Under the pieces are notes generated by a model. It worked only from the letters and a program-made list of their open reading frames with translations. It ran no database searches and was not told where the DNA came from. Positions 36,191 to 45,510 of a DNA stretch of 64,000 nt are shown here, one piece after another (position 1 is the first letter of the stretch; each line of letters opens with the position of its first letter). The stretch is taken from positions 160,001 through 224,000 of the forward strand of contig JAVKHQ010000001.1 of NCBI GenBank assembly GCA_031459875.1, given 5' to 3'. The position numbers and the translations under genes are program-made. This stretch comes from Candidatus Fervidifonticultor sextus (GTDB lineage: Bacteria > Sysuimicrobiota > Sysuimicrobiia > Sysuimicrobiales > Humicultoraceae).

Positions 36191-38214
36191 GGTGCGGCCT
36201 CGCGCCAGACCGGACGTACCCCGGCCAGCCCCTGCGTCTGAACTACCTCGAACAACGGCGTGGTCGGGAAGTACGGCGGGGTGAACCCCCGGCTCATCCG
36301 GCGGTCGTACCTGAAGTCGCGACCGTAGCCGGTCAGCGGGTTGCCGGTATTGGGGTCGAACGTGCCGAATGCGCCATAGTACTCCTCGATGATTCCACCG
36401 ATCAAGTGCACGGTCCCGCGCGGGGCGCCGGTGTTGTAGTTCTGCACGTTGACCGAACTGTTGTTGCCGTCGCCCAGATTCCCCGCCATCAGCACGGCGT
36501 GAAGTTCCAGGTCGTTGGGCGCCGAGGCGCTGATCCGGATGTCGTTGCCCGCCGAGTACAGGCCCAACACGTTGAGCGGGTTGTCGTTGGGGTTCGTGAC
36601 TTCCGGTGGGTCTTCGTAGCGCAGGTGGCCCGTAATGTCGATCCGGCCGGAGGCGACGATGGTGGTCTGCTCCTTCTCCTCGAGCGTCCCCGACAGCGAG
36701 AGGATCGTCCCCTGCACGTAGATGATGGTGGCGTTGGCATTGCCGGGGCCCTGCCAGCCCTTCGGCACGCCAGCAAAGGTCCGGGTCTGCGGAGACGGCC
36801 AGGCTGTGTTCGTGACCGTCGTCGTCTGCCCGACCCGATCGACGGTGATGGTGACCGTCTGTGACCCCTGGACCAGGGTATAGACCGCCAGGTTGTTGCT
36901 TGGCCCGCCGAGGCTGAAGGTCAGGCTGTTGAGATTCCCCTCCACGTAGATGCCGCCGGCTAGCGACTCGCCGGCATCCGAGACGCCGTTGCCGTTGCCG
37001 TCGGCGACCGGTACATAGATGCCGTTGGGCACGCTGCTGGTGTTGTCCGGCAGTTCGGGCACGGCCTGGCGGATCTGCAAATTGGTCACCGGCGTGGTGT
37101 CCGCCGGATTGCGTCCGACGGCCACCCCCTGTTGATTGTAAGGGTTGGTCGGCATGGGAATTGCGGCCACGCCCCGTGTGAAGTTGGCCGCCGGATTGTC
37201 GTTGTCGTCGAGCAGGTTCGCTGGGGTGCAGTCGGGCAGCACGGGCGCGTCGCGTCGCACGCTGGCCACAACATTCTCGTTGGCCTGCAGCCGCACCGGG
37301 TTTCCGTTGTTGTTAAACCATGCGTAGGTGCTCACGCTGGTCAGACGGGTGGGCAGGTTGCCTGCCGGATCGCACGGCGTGCCGGCATCAGGGGTGCCGA
37401 ATTTGGGATAGAAGGCGAAGCGGAACTCGCCGTTGGTGTGGACGGGGCCGTCGAAGCTGGTGCGGCTGGTAAACCAGATCGCGCCCCCGGCCGGGGTCAT
37501 GTGGACGTGGGTAAACAGGGCGTACTGCGCGAAGCTCTGCCGGCGAACCTGGACGCTGAAGTCGTGGGAGAGCGTCACGCGGCGCCGGCCCTGCGGGGGC
37601 GTCCGGCCGTCGCTTGTGATCGCATAGGTGTAGTAGAACTCGTAGTGGTCGGGACCGAGTTGCTGGATGTACCGCTGCGGCTGCATCGGATCCGCCGGGT
37701 GGGGGGCCAGGCGCCTCGTGACCGTGACAGTGGCGGCGTAGCTCCCCTGGCCCAGGACATTCGATGGCGGCACGCCCGTGGCCACCTGCAGCTTGCGATG
37801 GGGGGTCGGCAGGCTCCAGTTGACCTCGAAGGTCACCGAGTTCGTTGCCGGCGTGGCGCCCAGGATGAACCGTTGCCCGTCGAGCACCAGGTAGTCGAAC
37901 AGGCCGAAGGAGTTCTGGGCGCTGATATTGCCTCCGGCATACCAAGTCGCCAGCGTCGTGCCGCTGAGGGAAGGATCCACGGTGGCGCGGCCAACGGGAT
38001 CAGCATTCATCAGAACCATCAGCGCCGAGCGGGCGGCATAGGCCCCGCCTTCTGCCGTGTTCAGGCTCTGAGCCCCCGCCAGCCTGGCGGTGCTCAGGGC
38101 GATCTCCTTGCCGCTGAGGTACAGGATGAGGGCGCCGACGATGGAAAGGACGAAGATCGTGGTGAGCACCGACAGCATGGCCAGACCACGCTGGCTTTGG
38201 ATCTGCCTGACCAT
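36187..38214 (-). CDS. large PilX/ComZ-like (DUF4900-type) pilus-tip pilin
   Basis: QRG|LAMLSVL (no Glu5, PilX/GspK type), AEGG; FAQYALFT, FDGPVHTN, GGIIEEYYGAFG, YDRRM, PPYFP. Confidence 0.75.
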   Translation of the reverse strand: MVRQIQSQRGLAMLSVLTTIFVLSIVGALILYLSGKEIALSTARLAGAQSLNTAEGGAYAARSALMVLMNADPVGRATVDPSLSGTTLATWYAGGNISAQNSFGLFDYLVLDGQRFILGATPATNSVTFEVNWSLPTPHRKLQVATGVPPSNVLGQGSYAATVTVTRRLAPHPADPMQPQRYIQQLGPDHYEFYYTYAITSDGRTPPQGRRRVTLSHDFSVQVRRQSFAQYALFTHVHMTPAGGAIWFTSRTSFDGPVHTNGEFRFAFYPKFGTPDAGTPCDPAGNLPTRLTSVSTYAWFNNNGNPVRLQANENVVASVRRDAPVLPDCTPANLLDDNDNPAANFTRGVAAIPMPTNPYNQQGVAVGRNPADTTPVTNLQIRQAVPELPDNTSSVPNGIYVPVADGNGNGVSDAGESLAGGIYVEGNLNSLTFSLGGPSNNLAVYTLVQGSQTVTITVDRVGQTTTVTNTAWPSPQTRTFAGVPKGWQGPGNANATIIYVQGTILSLSGTLEEKEQTTIVASGRIDITGHLRYEDPPEVTNPNDNPLNVLGLYSAGNDIRISASAPNDLELHAVLMAGNLGDGNNSSVNVQNYNTGAPRGTVHLIGGIIEEYYGAFGTFDPNTGNPLTGYGRDFRYDRRMSRGFTPPYFPTTPLFEVVQTQGLAGVRPVWREAAP

Positions 38215-38236
38215 TGCCTCCCTCCTCATCCCCTGG

Positions 38237-38836
38237 CTAGCGGCCGCGGAGTGCTACATCGCCGGCGAAGACGCGGCTGACCCCTCCTGCGGTCGTCGTC
38301 ACCGTGATCCGGATCCGCACGATACTCGCCAGATCCACGGGCGTAGATCCCAGTGAGCTGCCGGCCGCGTCGAAGTACTCCAAAGCCAGACCATCTCCCC
38401 CATCGGGCCTGACGACCAGAGAGGCCAGCGGCGCCGGCGGGCCCGCCGGCAGCGGCCCGCCTGCATCGGGATCCTCCTGCCGGGTGATGGTATCGGTGGC
38501 GGCATCGTAGGCGAAGGTCACGGTGTAGGGGCTGGCGGCGGAGAAGGGTGTGGCCTGCGGAACGAACAGCGTGACCTGCGTCGCGCCGGCGGCCGTGACC
38601 ATCTGGGCCCACCGGATTTCGTCGACGAGCGCGTCCAGGGCGGCGCGGACCTGGGACTGCGTCTGCACGAACTCGTTGGTCACCCTTGCCGACCGGGCAC
38701 CCGTCGCCACAAAGGCGTAGATGCTCCCCAGCGCCAGGGCGAGGAGGCTCATGGCAATGACGAGTTCCAGCAGCGAGACCCCCCGCGTCTCGCAAAGGCG
38801 GGTCGAGAAGGAGGAGATGCTGCGCCTACTGATCAT
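38237..38836 (-). CDS. PilW/PulJ-like minor pilin
   Basis: RG|VSLLELVIAMSLL; EIRWA; VRIRITV. Confidence 0.82.
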   Translation of the reverse strand: MISRRSISSFSTRLCETRGVSLLELVIAMSLLALALGSIYAFVATGARSARVTNEFVQTQSQVRAALDALVDEIRWAQMVTAAGATQVTLFVPQATPFSAASPYTVTFAYDAATDTITRQEDPDAGGPLPAGPPAPLASLVVRPDGGDGLALEYFDAAGSSLGSTPVDLASIVRIRITVTTTAGGVSRVFAGDVALRGR

Positions 38837-39278
38837 CGAGCACCGTCGTCAGACTGACCAGGGGGTCTGTGTCGGGATCGGCCGGACGGTAGACGCGGAC
38901 TGTGGCCGTGGTGATGGTCAAGTTGTCGTCTTGCACGAAGTCCACCGCCACCTGAAACGTGTGCGGAGAGGGGTTCGCGACGCCGCTGTAGGGAAAGGGA
39001 AGCGGCAGGGCGGTGCGGGGCATCGGCCCCGAGTTCACCCACGTGTATGGGTTGGCGCTGGCCCGGATCTGCTCCATGATCTGCAGGGCGATGGTCGTGG
39101 CGGCCGCCCGTTCATTGGCACGGCCGGCGTGCGCCATCCCGACAATGAACGCCTGGAGGATTAACAGGGAGACTGCAGCGAAAAGCGACAGGGCGACGAG
39201 GAGTTCAAGATAGGTGAATCCGGTCCGGTCGCGGGACCCGGGGGACCGCGACCGTCCCGGCTCTTGTGCCGAAGCCAT
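38826..39278 (-). CDS. PilV/PulI-like minor pilin
   Basis: TG|FTYLELLVALSLF; ALQIMEQIRA. Confidence 0.82.
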   Translation of the reverse strand: MASAQEPGRSRSPGSRDRTGFTYLELLVALSLFAAVSLLILQAFIVGMAHAGRANERAAATTIALQIMEQIRASANPYTWVNSGPMPRTALPLPFPYSGVANPSPHTFQVAVDFVQDDNLTITTATVRVYRPADPDTDPLVSLTTVLDDQ

Positions 39279-39383
39279 CCGTTTGAGCCCCCCCCGGGGT
39301 TCACTCCCATCCGGCGTGAGAGGCCCCTGCTCCCATCAGTTGTGAAGACCGCGACACCGGGTCGGCGCGAGCGCCCCGATAGG

Positions 39384-39740
39384 CTACACCAACGCCGCAG
39401 CCAGCTGGCTGTTGCGCCGCATCTCGAGCCGGATGCGCCCCAGGTTGGCCTGCCGCGTCCCGACCACCACCAGCACCGCGTCCGGTCCGGCCGGCCCGAT
39501 GGCCACCGGCCCCTCGTCGAACTCCAAAAGCAGATTCCGCAACATGCCCCGTCCCATCTCCCGGCCCATGGAGTCGGAGGCGGCGATGTTGCTGGCGACG
39601 ATGGCACCGACGGCCTCCAGGTCCACCCCCTCCTCCGATGTGATGCCTTCGACCACGAAGCCGTCCCGGCCCACCACCAGCGCGGCCAGCACGCCGTCGA
39701 TCTTCGAGAGGTCCAACAGCACGTCTTTGAGCTGCGACAT
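39384..39740 (-). CDS. roadblock/LC7 (MglB-like) protein
   Basis: LSKIDGVLAALVVGRDGFVV...ANLGRIRLE. Confidence 0.9.
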   Translation of the reverse strand: MSQLKDVLLDLSKIDGVLAALVVGRDGFVVEGITSEEGVDLEAVGAIVASNIAASDSMGREMGRGMLRNLLLEFDEGPVAIGPAGPDAVLVVVGTRQANLGRIRLEMRRNSQLAAALV

Positions 39741-39782
39741 CTTCGCTCCCTCCATCGGTCGGTTGTCCGGCTCCCGCCTGCG

Positions 39783-40598
39783 CTACGGCCTCCCGGGAGA
39801 TGGGACGCCCATCAGCCCCCGGAGTTTGGCCAGGGCCGAGGCGAGCACGCGTGACACATGCTTCTGGGAGATCCCGATGCGCCTGGCGGCTTCCATCTGG
39901 GTCATGTCCGTGTAGAACAGGTAGTAGAGCACCTTCTTCTGCAGGCTGTTGAGGGATTCCATGGCCTCTGTGAGCATGACGCGGTCTTCGATGGGCAGCT
40001 GGAAGCTGATGTGCGACCGGTGCCGGATCCGCTCCCGGTCCACCCGCAGGTCGCCGTTGTCATCCTCGGTCTCCAGCGAGATGGTGCGCAGCACCTCGCG
40101 CGTCCGGAGGATCTCCAGGAGCCCCTCTTCTTCGATGTTGAGTTCCTGGGAGAGATCCTCGAGCCCCGGGAACCGGCCGGTCTCACTCACGTACTTGCCC
40201 ACCGCCTGCTCGATCTGCGCATTGAGTTTCTGGAGCCAGCGCGGCCTGCGGATCGTGTCGCGCTGATCGCGCAGGTAGTGGCGGATCTCGCCGCGGATGA
40301 GGTAGCTGGCATAGGTGGCGAACTTCGCCCCTTTCGTCGGGTCGAAAGCCGAGATGGCGTTGAGCAGTCCGATGTAGCCCACCTGCACGAGGTCATCGGA
40401 GGGGACGCCGGAGAAGATGAACTCGGCGGCAATGCGCCGGACCAGTGGTGTGCACGCCAGGACGACCCGCTCCCGCGTGGCGGGAGCATGCGTTTCCACG
40501 TACTCGGCCATCAGGGCATCGACGTCGTCATACGCGGGGGTGTCAGGCTGGGTTGGACTCTGCCGTTCCACACGGCGCTGCACAGTGCGGGCACCCAT
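39783..40598 (-). CDS. SigB/SigF/SigG-family RNA polymerase sigma factor
   Basis: DDLVQVGYIGLLNAISAFDP..GAKFATYA..IRGEIRHYLRD; region 4 TQMEAARRIGISQKHVSR. Confidence 0.93.
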   Translation of the reverse strand: MGARTVQRRVERQSPTQPDTPAYDDVDALMAEYVETHAPATRERVVLACTPLVRRIAAEFIFSGVPSDDLVQVGYIGLLNAISAFDPTKGAKFATYASYLIRGEIRHYLRDQRDTIRRPRWLQKLNAQIEQAVGKYVSETGRFPGLEDLSQELNIEEEGLLEILRTREVLRTISLETEDDNGDLRVDRERIRHRSHISFQLPIEDRVMLTEAMESLNSLQKKVLYYLFYTDMTQMEAARRIGISQKHVSRVLASALAKLRGLMGVPSPGRP

Positions 40599-40618
40599 GG
40601 CGCGCCTCCCCTACCACG

Positions 40619-40648
40619 AAAAAACCTCCTGGGGCTGCCCCAAGAGGT
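40619..40648 (-). terminator. intrinsic terminator (riboswitch expression platform)
   Basis: Minus strand ACCTCTTGGGG-CAG-CCCCAGGAGGT followed by TTTTT. Confidence 0.85.
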
Positions 40649-40656
40649 GACGTGTG

Positions 40657-40740
40657 CTCCTTTCGGCAGCCCGGCCGACCACGAACTCGGTCCCGAGGCT
40701 TTGCGCCCCCACCTTACGATGGGTTTGCCTTTTTCGAGGA
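40657..40740 (-). ncRNA. c-di-GMP-I (GEMM) riboswitch upstream of the sigma factor
   Basis: Minus strand AAGGCAAACCCATCGTAAGGTGGGGGCGCAAAGCCTCGGGACC...GGTCGGCCGGGCTGCCGAAAGG. Confidence 0.92.
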
Positions 40741-40826
40741 ACCGTATGCAGTTGTTCTGCCCGACGATCCAGGCCCGTTTATTTTAGACCGCCGAGAACA
40801 TTCCTGCAAGGTCTGCGTCAGATCAC

Positions 40827-40852
40827 GTACCCAAGGGGCCGGCCATTTAGAC
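40827..40852 (-). promoter_or_regulatory. putative SigB/SigF-type (autoregulatory) promoter GTCTAA-N14-GGGTAC
   Basis: Closest match to the B. subtilis SigB consensus GTTTAA-N14-GGGTAT; upstream of the riboswitch and sigma gene. Confidence 0.65.
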
Positions 40853-40872
40853 CTGCCCGGGCCGGTCCGGGA

Positions 40873-41664
40873 CTATCCGGCCGACCGGGCGCCCGTGGGG
40901 GGCCGGGTGCGGCTCACGTAACGGAACGCGAGCTTGCGGCCGACCAGGATCCGGATGACGTCGGCGACCTGCGAGGGGGACAGGCCGACTTCGCGCGCGA
41001 TCTCACCCTCGGTCCGTGATCCGTCGAGGAAATCCAGCACCCGCAACCCGGCGTCGCCGACTGCCGCTCGGATCAGCGCGGCCGCCTCGCCGTCCATGGC
41101 CTGCGACGTGCCCGGTGCGGCCACGAAGCGGGCCTCCGCGGCCGCCGGCACCACAGGCCCGGCGGCGGGTTGCGGCGGCGCGGGTTCGGGCGACTGCGCG
41201 TCCAGGGCGGCGGATGGGCGGACCGGCACCGTCACGGGCCCCGCGAGCAGGACGATCCATCCCGACGCCCGTGACGGCAGCGCCGCCGTCGGGTCGCCGG
41301 CGCGGTCCGGCGCCAGCACCACCGACGGGCGGCCGCCGGCCAGGACCCACGCGGCCGGGGAGCGGCCGAGGACCAGCACGACGCCGCGCGCCTCCTCGGC
41401 TTCGAGCCGGGCCAGCAATCGGTCCAGGCGGACGAAGTCCGTGTGCAGCCCGCCCTGCGCCATCTCCAGCGACGGGAGTTGCGCGGCCAGCCAGGGCGGC
41501 ACTTCCAGGCGCTCCACCTCCACGCCCGGCGGGAGGCCGTCAGGCAGCACCGCGCGGGGGTCCCCGGCGCACCACCCCTGCGGCCCGAAGACTGCGGCAT
41601 GCCTGCGGTCCTGAGCCTCAATGACGAGGGCCAGGCCTCCGGGCCAGGCATAGTGGGAGATCAC
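40873..41664 (-). CDS. hypothetical protein, DUF4388/PATAN-like segment plus C-terminal winged helix
   Basis: HTDFVRLDRLLARL...GVVLV; LDFLDGSRTEGEIAREVGL. Confidence 0.55.
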   Translation of the reverse strand: MISHYAWPGGLALVIEAQDRRHAAVFGPQGWCAGDPRAVLPDGLPPGVEVERLEVPPWLAAQLPSLEMAQGGLHTDFVRLDRLLARLEAEEARGVVLVLGRSPAAWVLAGGRPSVVLAPDRAGDPTAALPSRASGWIVLLAGPVTVPVRPSAALDAQSPEPAPPQPAAGPVVPAAAEARFVAAPGTSQAMDGEAAALIRAAVGDAGLRVLDFLDGSRTEGEIAREVGLSPSQVADVIRILVGRKLAFRYVSRTRPPTGARSAG

Positions 41665-41668
41665 GCCG

Positions 41669-42445
41669 CTAGACCTCCTCCTGCACCTTCTTCTGCCAGA
41701 ACCCGCCGAGGCCGAGCAGGACGAACCCTACCACCCACAGCGCGTTGATCCCGTGCACCTGCGAGTACAGGTCGTACCAGGTCAGCAGCGCGTAGCCCAG
41801 GCTGGCGGCGGCCAGGCAGAGCGCGGCGGCCGTCACGGCCAGCCAGGGATAGGCCGACAGGCCGCCGCGGAACCCGATGGCCGGCACCAGTCCGGCGGGA
41901 ATCAGGAACACCGCCGCCGTGGGGTAGAACGCCGAGAGGAATCTGGACATCAGGCCTGTCGAGCTGACCACGATCGGCTCCAGGATGTAGACGAACCCGA
42001 CAGCCCACCCCGCGACACCGAAGCCGAAAAGCGCCAGGCGGACCGACCGATCGACCATGGGGAGCACCAGCCGGACTTCCAGGGCCAGCGCGGCGGCTAA
42101 CAGGACGTAGAAGGCCACGAAGAATCCGTCCGCGACGGACGGGTAGGGCAGCGCCTTCTGGCCCCACCACTGATCGAAGGCGAAGATGGCGCGGCCGGCC
42201 GTCCACACCAGCGCGGCGGCCGCGCCGGTCGCCCAGACCCTCCGTTCGGGATCGCCGCGCGCGTAGGCACGGGCCGCGGCGGCGCACCCGATCCCCGCCA
42301 GCAACGGGGCGGCCACCTGCAGGACGGTCGCCAGGACGTGGCGGGCCACCCGATCCTGGAGACTCCCGCCTTCGAACCCGTAGGCGTAGGCGACGGCGGC
42401 GATCAGGAAGCCGGCGGCGATCAGCACCGGCCAGCGTCGCGTCAC
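41669..42445 (-). CDS. stand-alone multi-TM membrane protein resembling the membrane sensor domain of signalling proteins
   Basis: RRVW...WTAG...PYPSVADGFFVAFY; about 7-8 TMs; no output domain. Confidence 0.6.
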   Translation of the reverse strand: MTRRWPVLIAAGFLIAAVAYAYGFEGGSLQDRVARHVLATVLQVAAPLLAGIGCAAAARAYARGDPERRVWATGAAAALVWTAGRAIFAFDQWWGQKALPYPSVADGFFVAFYVLLAAALALEVRLVLPMVDRSVRLALFGFGVAGWAVGFVYILEPIVVSSTGLMSRFLSAFYPTAAVFLIPAGLVPAIGFRGGLSAYPWLAVTAAALCLAAASLGYALLTWYDLYSQVHGINALWVVGFVLLGLGGFWQKKVQEEV

Positions 42446-43308
42446 GGTGCGCCTCCACCCGCCGCGCGGTCCTCCTGCACCGAGCGTTCGGCGGCGGCGA
42501 TGGTCCGGTCCATGAAGGCGCGCCCGGCGACGGCCACAATGGGGGCGCAGGCGGCCTCGACGATCGCCCGCCACGCCGATTCCGGCAGGGCGGGGGCCTC
42601 AATCCGGTCGCCGTGCACCCGGCCGCCGTATCCGGCGAGCGCCCTTTCCAGCGCTCCCAGGAACAGGGCCGCCAGCCGCGGCCCGCGGAGTCGCGCCACG
42701 CGCGCCGACACGTCGCTCAGGATGGCGGGCCACGGGTGCGGCGGCGGCTCGGGGATCGCGATCGCGGGAAGATCGCGCTGGACCTCGCCGGCCGCAGTGT
42801 ACGGCACCACCTCTTGCGCGGGCGGGGCCAAGTCCGGGAGCGTCGCGCGCTCGGTGCCCGCAGGTCCGGCCGCGAAGACGGGCGCGGCGGCCGCGGGGCG
42901 GCGCGGCACGAAGAGCCCGTCTGGCGCCACCCCCGGCGGCGCAAACGGGGAGTCCGGGGCCGGCTCGACGTCTGCGGTCGGGTCTGCGGCCTGGGGCAGC
43001 GTGCCGATGTGCACGCTGACCGCCCCGCCCCGCGCCGCGAGGTCCCGGAGGAGGTGGTGGCCCGGCAACACCGGGAGCAGAGCCTCTTCGCCGCCGGCCT
43101 CGAAGTACCAGGTGTCCTGCGGCGACCCGCCCTGGATCCACAGGACGCCCTCCAGGTGGTCGTCGCTGGCATAGACGCCCGCATCAAATCCCCGTGCCGC
43201 CAAGTGGGCCGCGAGGCGGTCGATGTCCACCTCGGCCCCCGGGATGCCGGCGAACAGCGCCGGGCCCGCGCGGATGCGGTCGAAGATCTCCCGACGGGTC
43301 GCCGGCAT
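42442..43308 (-). CDS. hypothetical protein (DUF4388-like N-terminus, Pro/Ala linker)
   Basis: VDIDRLAAHLAARGFDAGV...GVLWIQGG; abuts neighbours on both sides. Confidence 0.55.
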   Translation of the reverse strand: MPATRREIFDRIRAGPALFAGIPGAEVDIDRLAAHLAARGFDAGVYASDDHLEGVLWIQGGSPQDTWYFEAGGEEALLPVLPGHHLLRDLAARGGAVSVHIGTLPQAADPTADVEPAPDSPFAPPGVAPDGLFVPRRPAAAAPVFAAGPAGTERATLPDLAPPAQEVVPYTAAGEVQRDLPAIAIPEPPPHPWPAILSDVSARVARLRGPRLAALFLGALERALAGYGGRVHGDRIEAPALPESAWRAIVEAACAPIVAVAGRAFMDRTIAAAERSVQEDRAAGGGAP

Positions 43309-43309
43309 G

Positions 43310-44278
43310 CTACTTGATCCCGAATTCGCGGTAGTAGCGCAGGGCGCCCGCGTGCATGGTGATGGGCATGCCGCGGCGGGCCGAGGCGGTGGTCACATCG
43401 CGGCCCCGCACGTGCGCCGCGTGCAGGCGGTCGGTGTTCTCCCACAGGGCCCGGGTCAGGGCGTAGATGAGGTCGGGATCCACCTCCTGCCGCGTGACCA
43501 GCATGGCCATGACCGCCAGCGTCTCCACCGGCTCCGTCTGTCCCCGGTAGGTGTTCGCCGGGATCGTCACCCGCGTGTAGTACGGGTACTGCTCCTTGAG
43601 CAGCTCGTAGGCCTCCCTGGGGATGGACAGCAGCTTCACCTCGCGGCTGGCCGCGATGTCCTGGACGGCCGCCGTGGGATGGCCGGCGGTGATGAACGCC
43701 GCGTCCACCACCCCGTCCTTGAGCTGGTCGGCCGCCTCGGCGAAATTCAGGAAGTCGGGCCGCGTGTTGTAGTACCCGACTTCAAAGACCCGCATGATCT
43801 GCCGGGCGTTCACCTCGGTGCCGCTGCCCGGCGCGCCGACGGCGATGCGCCTGCCCTTGAGGTCGGCGATGCTGTGGATGTTCTTGGACCGCAGGGTGAC
43901 GACCTGGATCGTCTCGGGGTAGAGCATGGCCATACCGCGCAGGGAGGCGATGGGGTCCCGCTTGTTCCCGATCCGGTCCATGAACATCTCGATGCCGTTG
44001 AAGGCGTAGTAGGTGATGTCGTTCTGCACGAAGGCCACCTGGACGTCGCCCCGCTGCAGGAGGCGGATGTTGGCCACCGAGGCTCCCGAGGTCTGGGCGG
44101 TGGCCTGGACGTTGGGGACCTTCTGGCTCCACAGTTCTGCGAGCGCAGCCCCCAGCGGGAAGTAGACGCCAGCGGTGCCGCCCGTGGCGATGGCGATGAA
44201 CGTCCGCTGTTGCGCGGCCGCTGGCCACACGCCGACCGCCAGCAGTGCGCCGGTTGCAATCAGGAGCATCCGTCTCAT
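43310..44278 (-). CDS. TAXI-family TRAP solute-binding protein
   Basis: IATGGTAGVYFPLG, TSGASVAN, QND, LYPE, GAPGSGT, HAGALRYY. Confidence 0.93.
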   Translation of the reverse strand: MRRMLLIATGALLAVGVWPAAAQQRTFIAIATGGTAGVYFPLGAALAELWSQKVPNVQATAQTSGASVANIRLLQRGDVQVAFVQNDITYYAFNGIEMFMDRIGNKRDPIASLRGMAMLYPETIQVVTLRSKNIHSIADLKGRRIAVGAPGSGTEVNARQIMRVFEVGYYNTRPDFLNFAEAADQLKDGVVDAAFITAGHPTAAVQDIAASREVKLLSIPREAYELLKEQYPYYTRVTIPANTYRGQTEPVETLAVMAMLVTRQEVDPDLIYALTRALWENTDRLHAAHVRGRDVTTASARRGMPITMHAGALRYYREFGIK

Positions 44279-44323
44279 GACCTTCTCCCTCCCTGGCCCT
44301 CTTGGGCGCCTGTGGTGGTTCGT

Positions 44324-45445
44324 CTACCGTTGCACCAGCTCAAACCGCCCTCCCCGCACCACCGCGACAGCGACCGGCCGGTCCGGCGCGCCCCACCGAT
44401 CGAAGGTGATCTCCCCGGTGGCACCGGGGAACCGGCGCACGCCCTGGAGGGCCGTCCGGATCTGCGCCGGCGTCCGCCCGCCGCGGCGGATGGCAAACGC
44501 CACGACCTTCAGCGCGTCGTAGGCCTGGGCCGCAAAATGGTCGGGCATCTCACCGTACTTGCGGCGGTACTTGCCGACGAACTCCTGCACGCCGGGCAGC
44601 GGTTCGGTGGGCACGAAGGCCGCCGGCAACACGAGCCCCTCGGCCGCGACTCCGGCCCATCGCACCAGATCCTGCGAGTACAGGGCGTCGGAGCCCGCGA
44701 CCACGACGCGGACGCCGCGGGCCTGAAGGGCCTGGAGGATCAGGGCGGCCTCGTCGGGGTAGCCCGCGATGAAGACGGCGTCGGCGCCGTCGGCCACCAC
44801 GCCGTTGGCGTGGCGGGTAAAATCCTCGTCGCCATCCCGATACAGCCGCGTGCCCACGATCTCCCGGGACAACCCTCTGACGCGCTCCGCAAAGGCCCGG
44901 GCGACTAAGGTCCCGTAGTCGTTCGCCTCGTGAATGATGGTGAGGCGGCGGGTACGCCGCCTCCCCACCAGGTAGTCGGCGAGCATCCGGGCCTGCGCCG
45001 GGGCAGGCAGCGACGTGCGGAACACGGACGAGCCTGCATAGGGGATCGTGCCGGTGGCCCCGGGGCTGACGAGGGGGATGCCGGCCCGCTCGGCCATGGG
45101 GGCGACGGCCGTCGCGGTGGCATCGGTCAGCGGTCCCACGATGGCGACCACCCGGCGCTCCAGCATCTGGGCAAAGGCGCGCCCGACCTCCTCGGTGCTC
45201 CCCCGGTCGTCGAGCACCAGGAGCGTGAGGGCCGCTCCGGCGACGCCGCCGCCGGCGTTGATCTCGTCGGCGGCCAGCGTGGCGCCCCGCACAGCCGACC
45301 GCGCCGCGGCGGGCACGCCGCTGGTCAGCGGGGCGAGCACGCCGATGGCGATCGTCTCCCCCGCCCCGATCCGCGATCCGGCGCACCCGGTCAGGAGCGT
45401 ACCAGCGAGCGCCACACCCAACGCGAGGACTCGGTTGCGCGTCAA
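44324..45445 (-). CDS. LivJ-type (branched-chain amino acid/amide) ABC substrate-binding lipoprotein
   Basis: Lipobox LLTGC; IGVLAPLT, AADEINAGGG, NDYG, AAQAYDA, GATGEITFD. Confidence 0.9.
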   Translation of the reverse strand: MTRNRVLALGVALAGTLLTGCAGSRIGAGETIAIGVLAPLTSGVPAAARSAVRGATLAADEINAGGGVAGAALTLLVLDDRGSTEEVGRAFAQMLERRVVAIVGPLTDATATAVAPMAERAGIPLVSPGATGTIPYAGSSVFRTSLPAPAQARMLADYLVGRRRTRRLTIIHEANDYGTLVARAFAERVRGLSREIVGTRLYRDGDEDFTRHANGVVADGADAVFIAGYPDEAALILQALQARGVRVVVAGSDALYSQDLVRWAGVAAEGLVLPAAFVPTEPLPGVQEFVGKYRRKYGEMPDHFAAQAYDALKVVAFAIRRGGRTPAQIRTALQGVRRFPGATGEITFDRWGAPDRPVAVAVVRGGRFELVQR

Positions 45446-45465
45446 CGGTCACCGCCCCACAGAAG

Positions 45466-45497
45466 CAAAAACGCCCTCCGGCCGAAGGCCGAAAGGC
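45466..45497 (-). terminator. intrinsic terminator (riboswitch expression platform)
   Basis: Minus strand GCCTTTCGGC-CTTCG-GCCGGAGGGC followed by GTTTTTG. Confidence 0.8.
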
Positions 45498-45510
45498 AAT
45501 CCGGCTCCAC

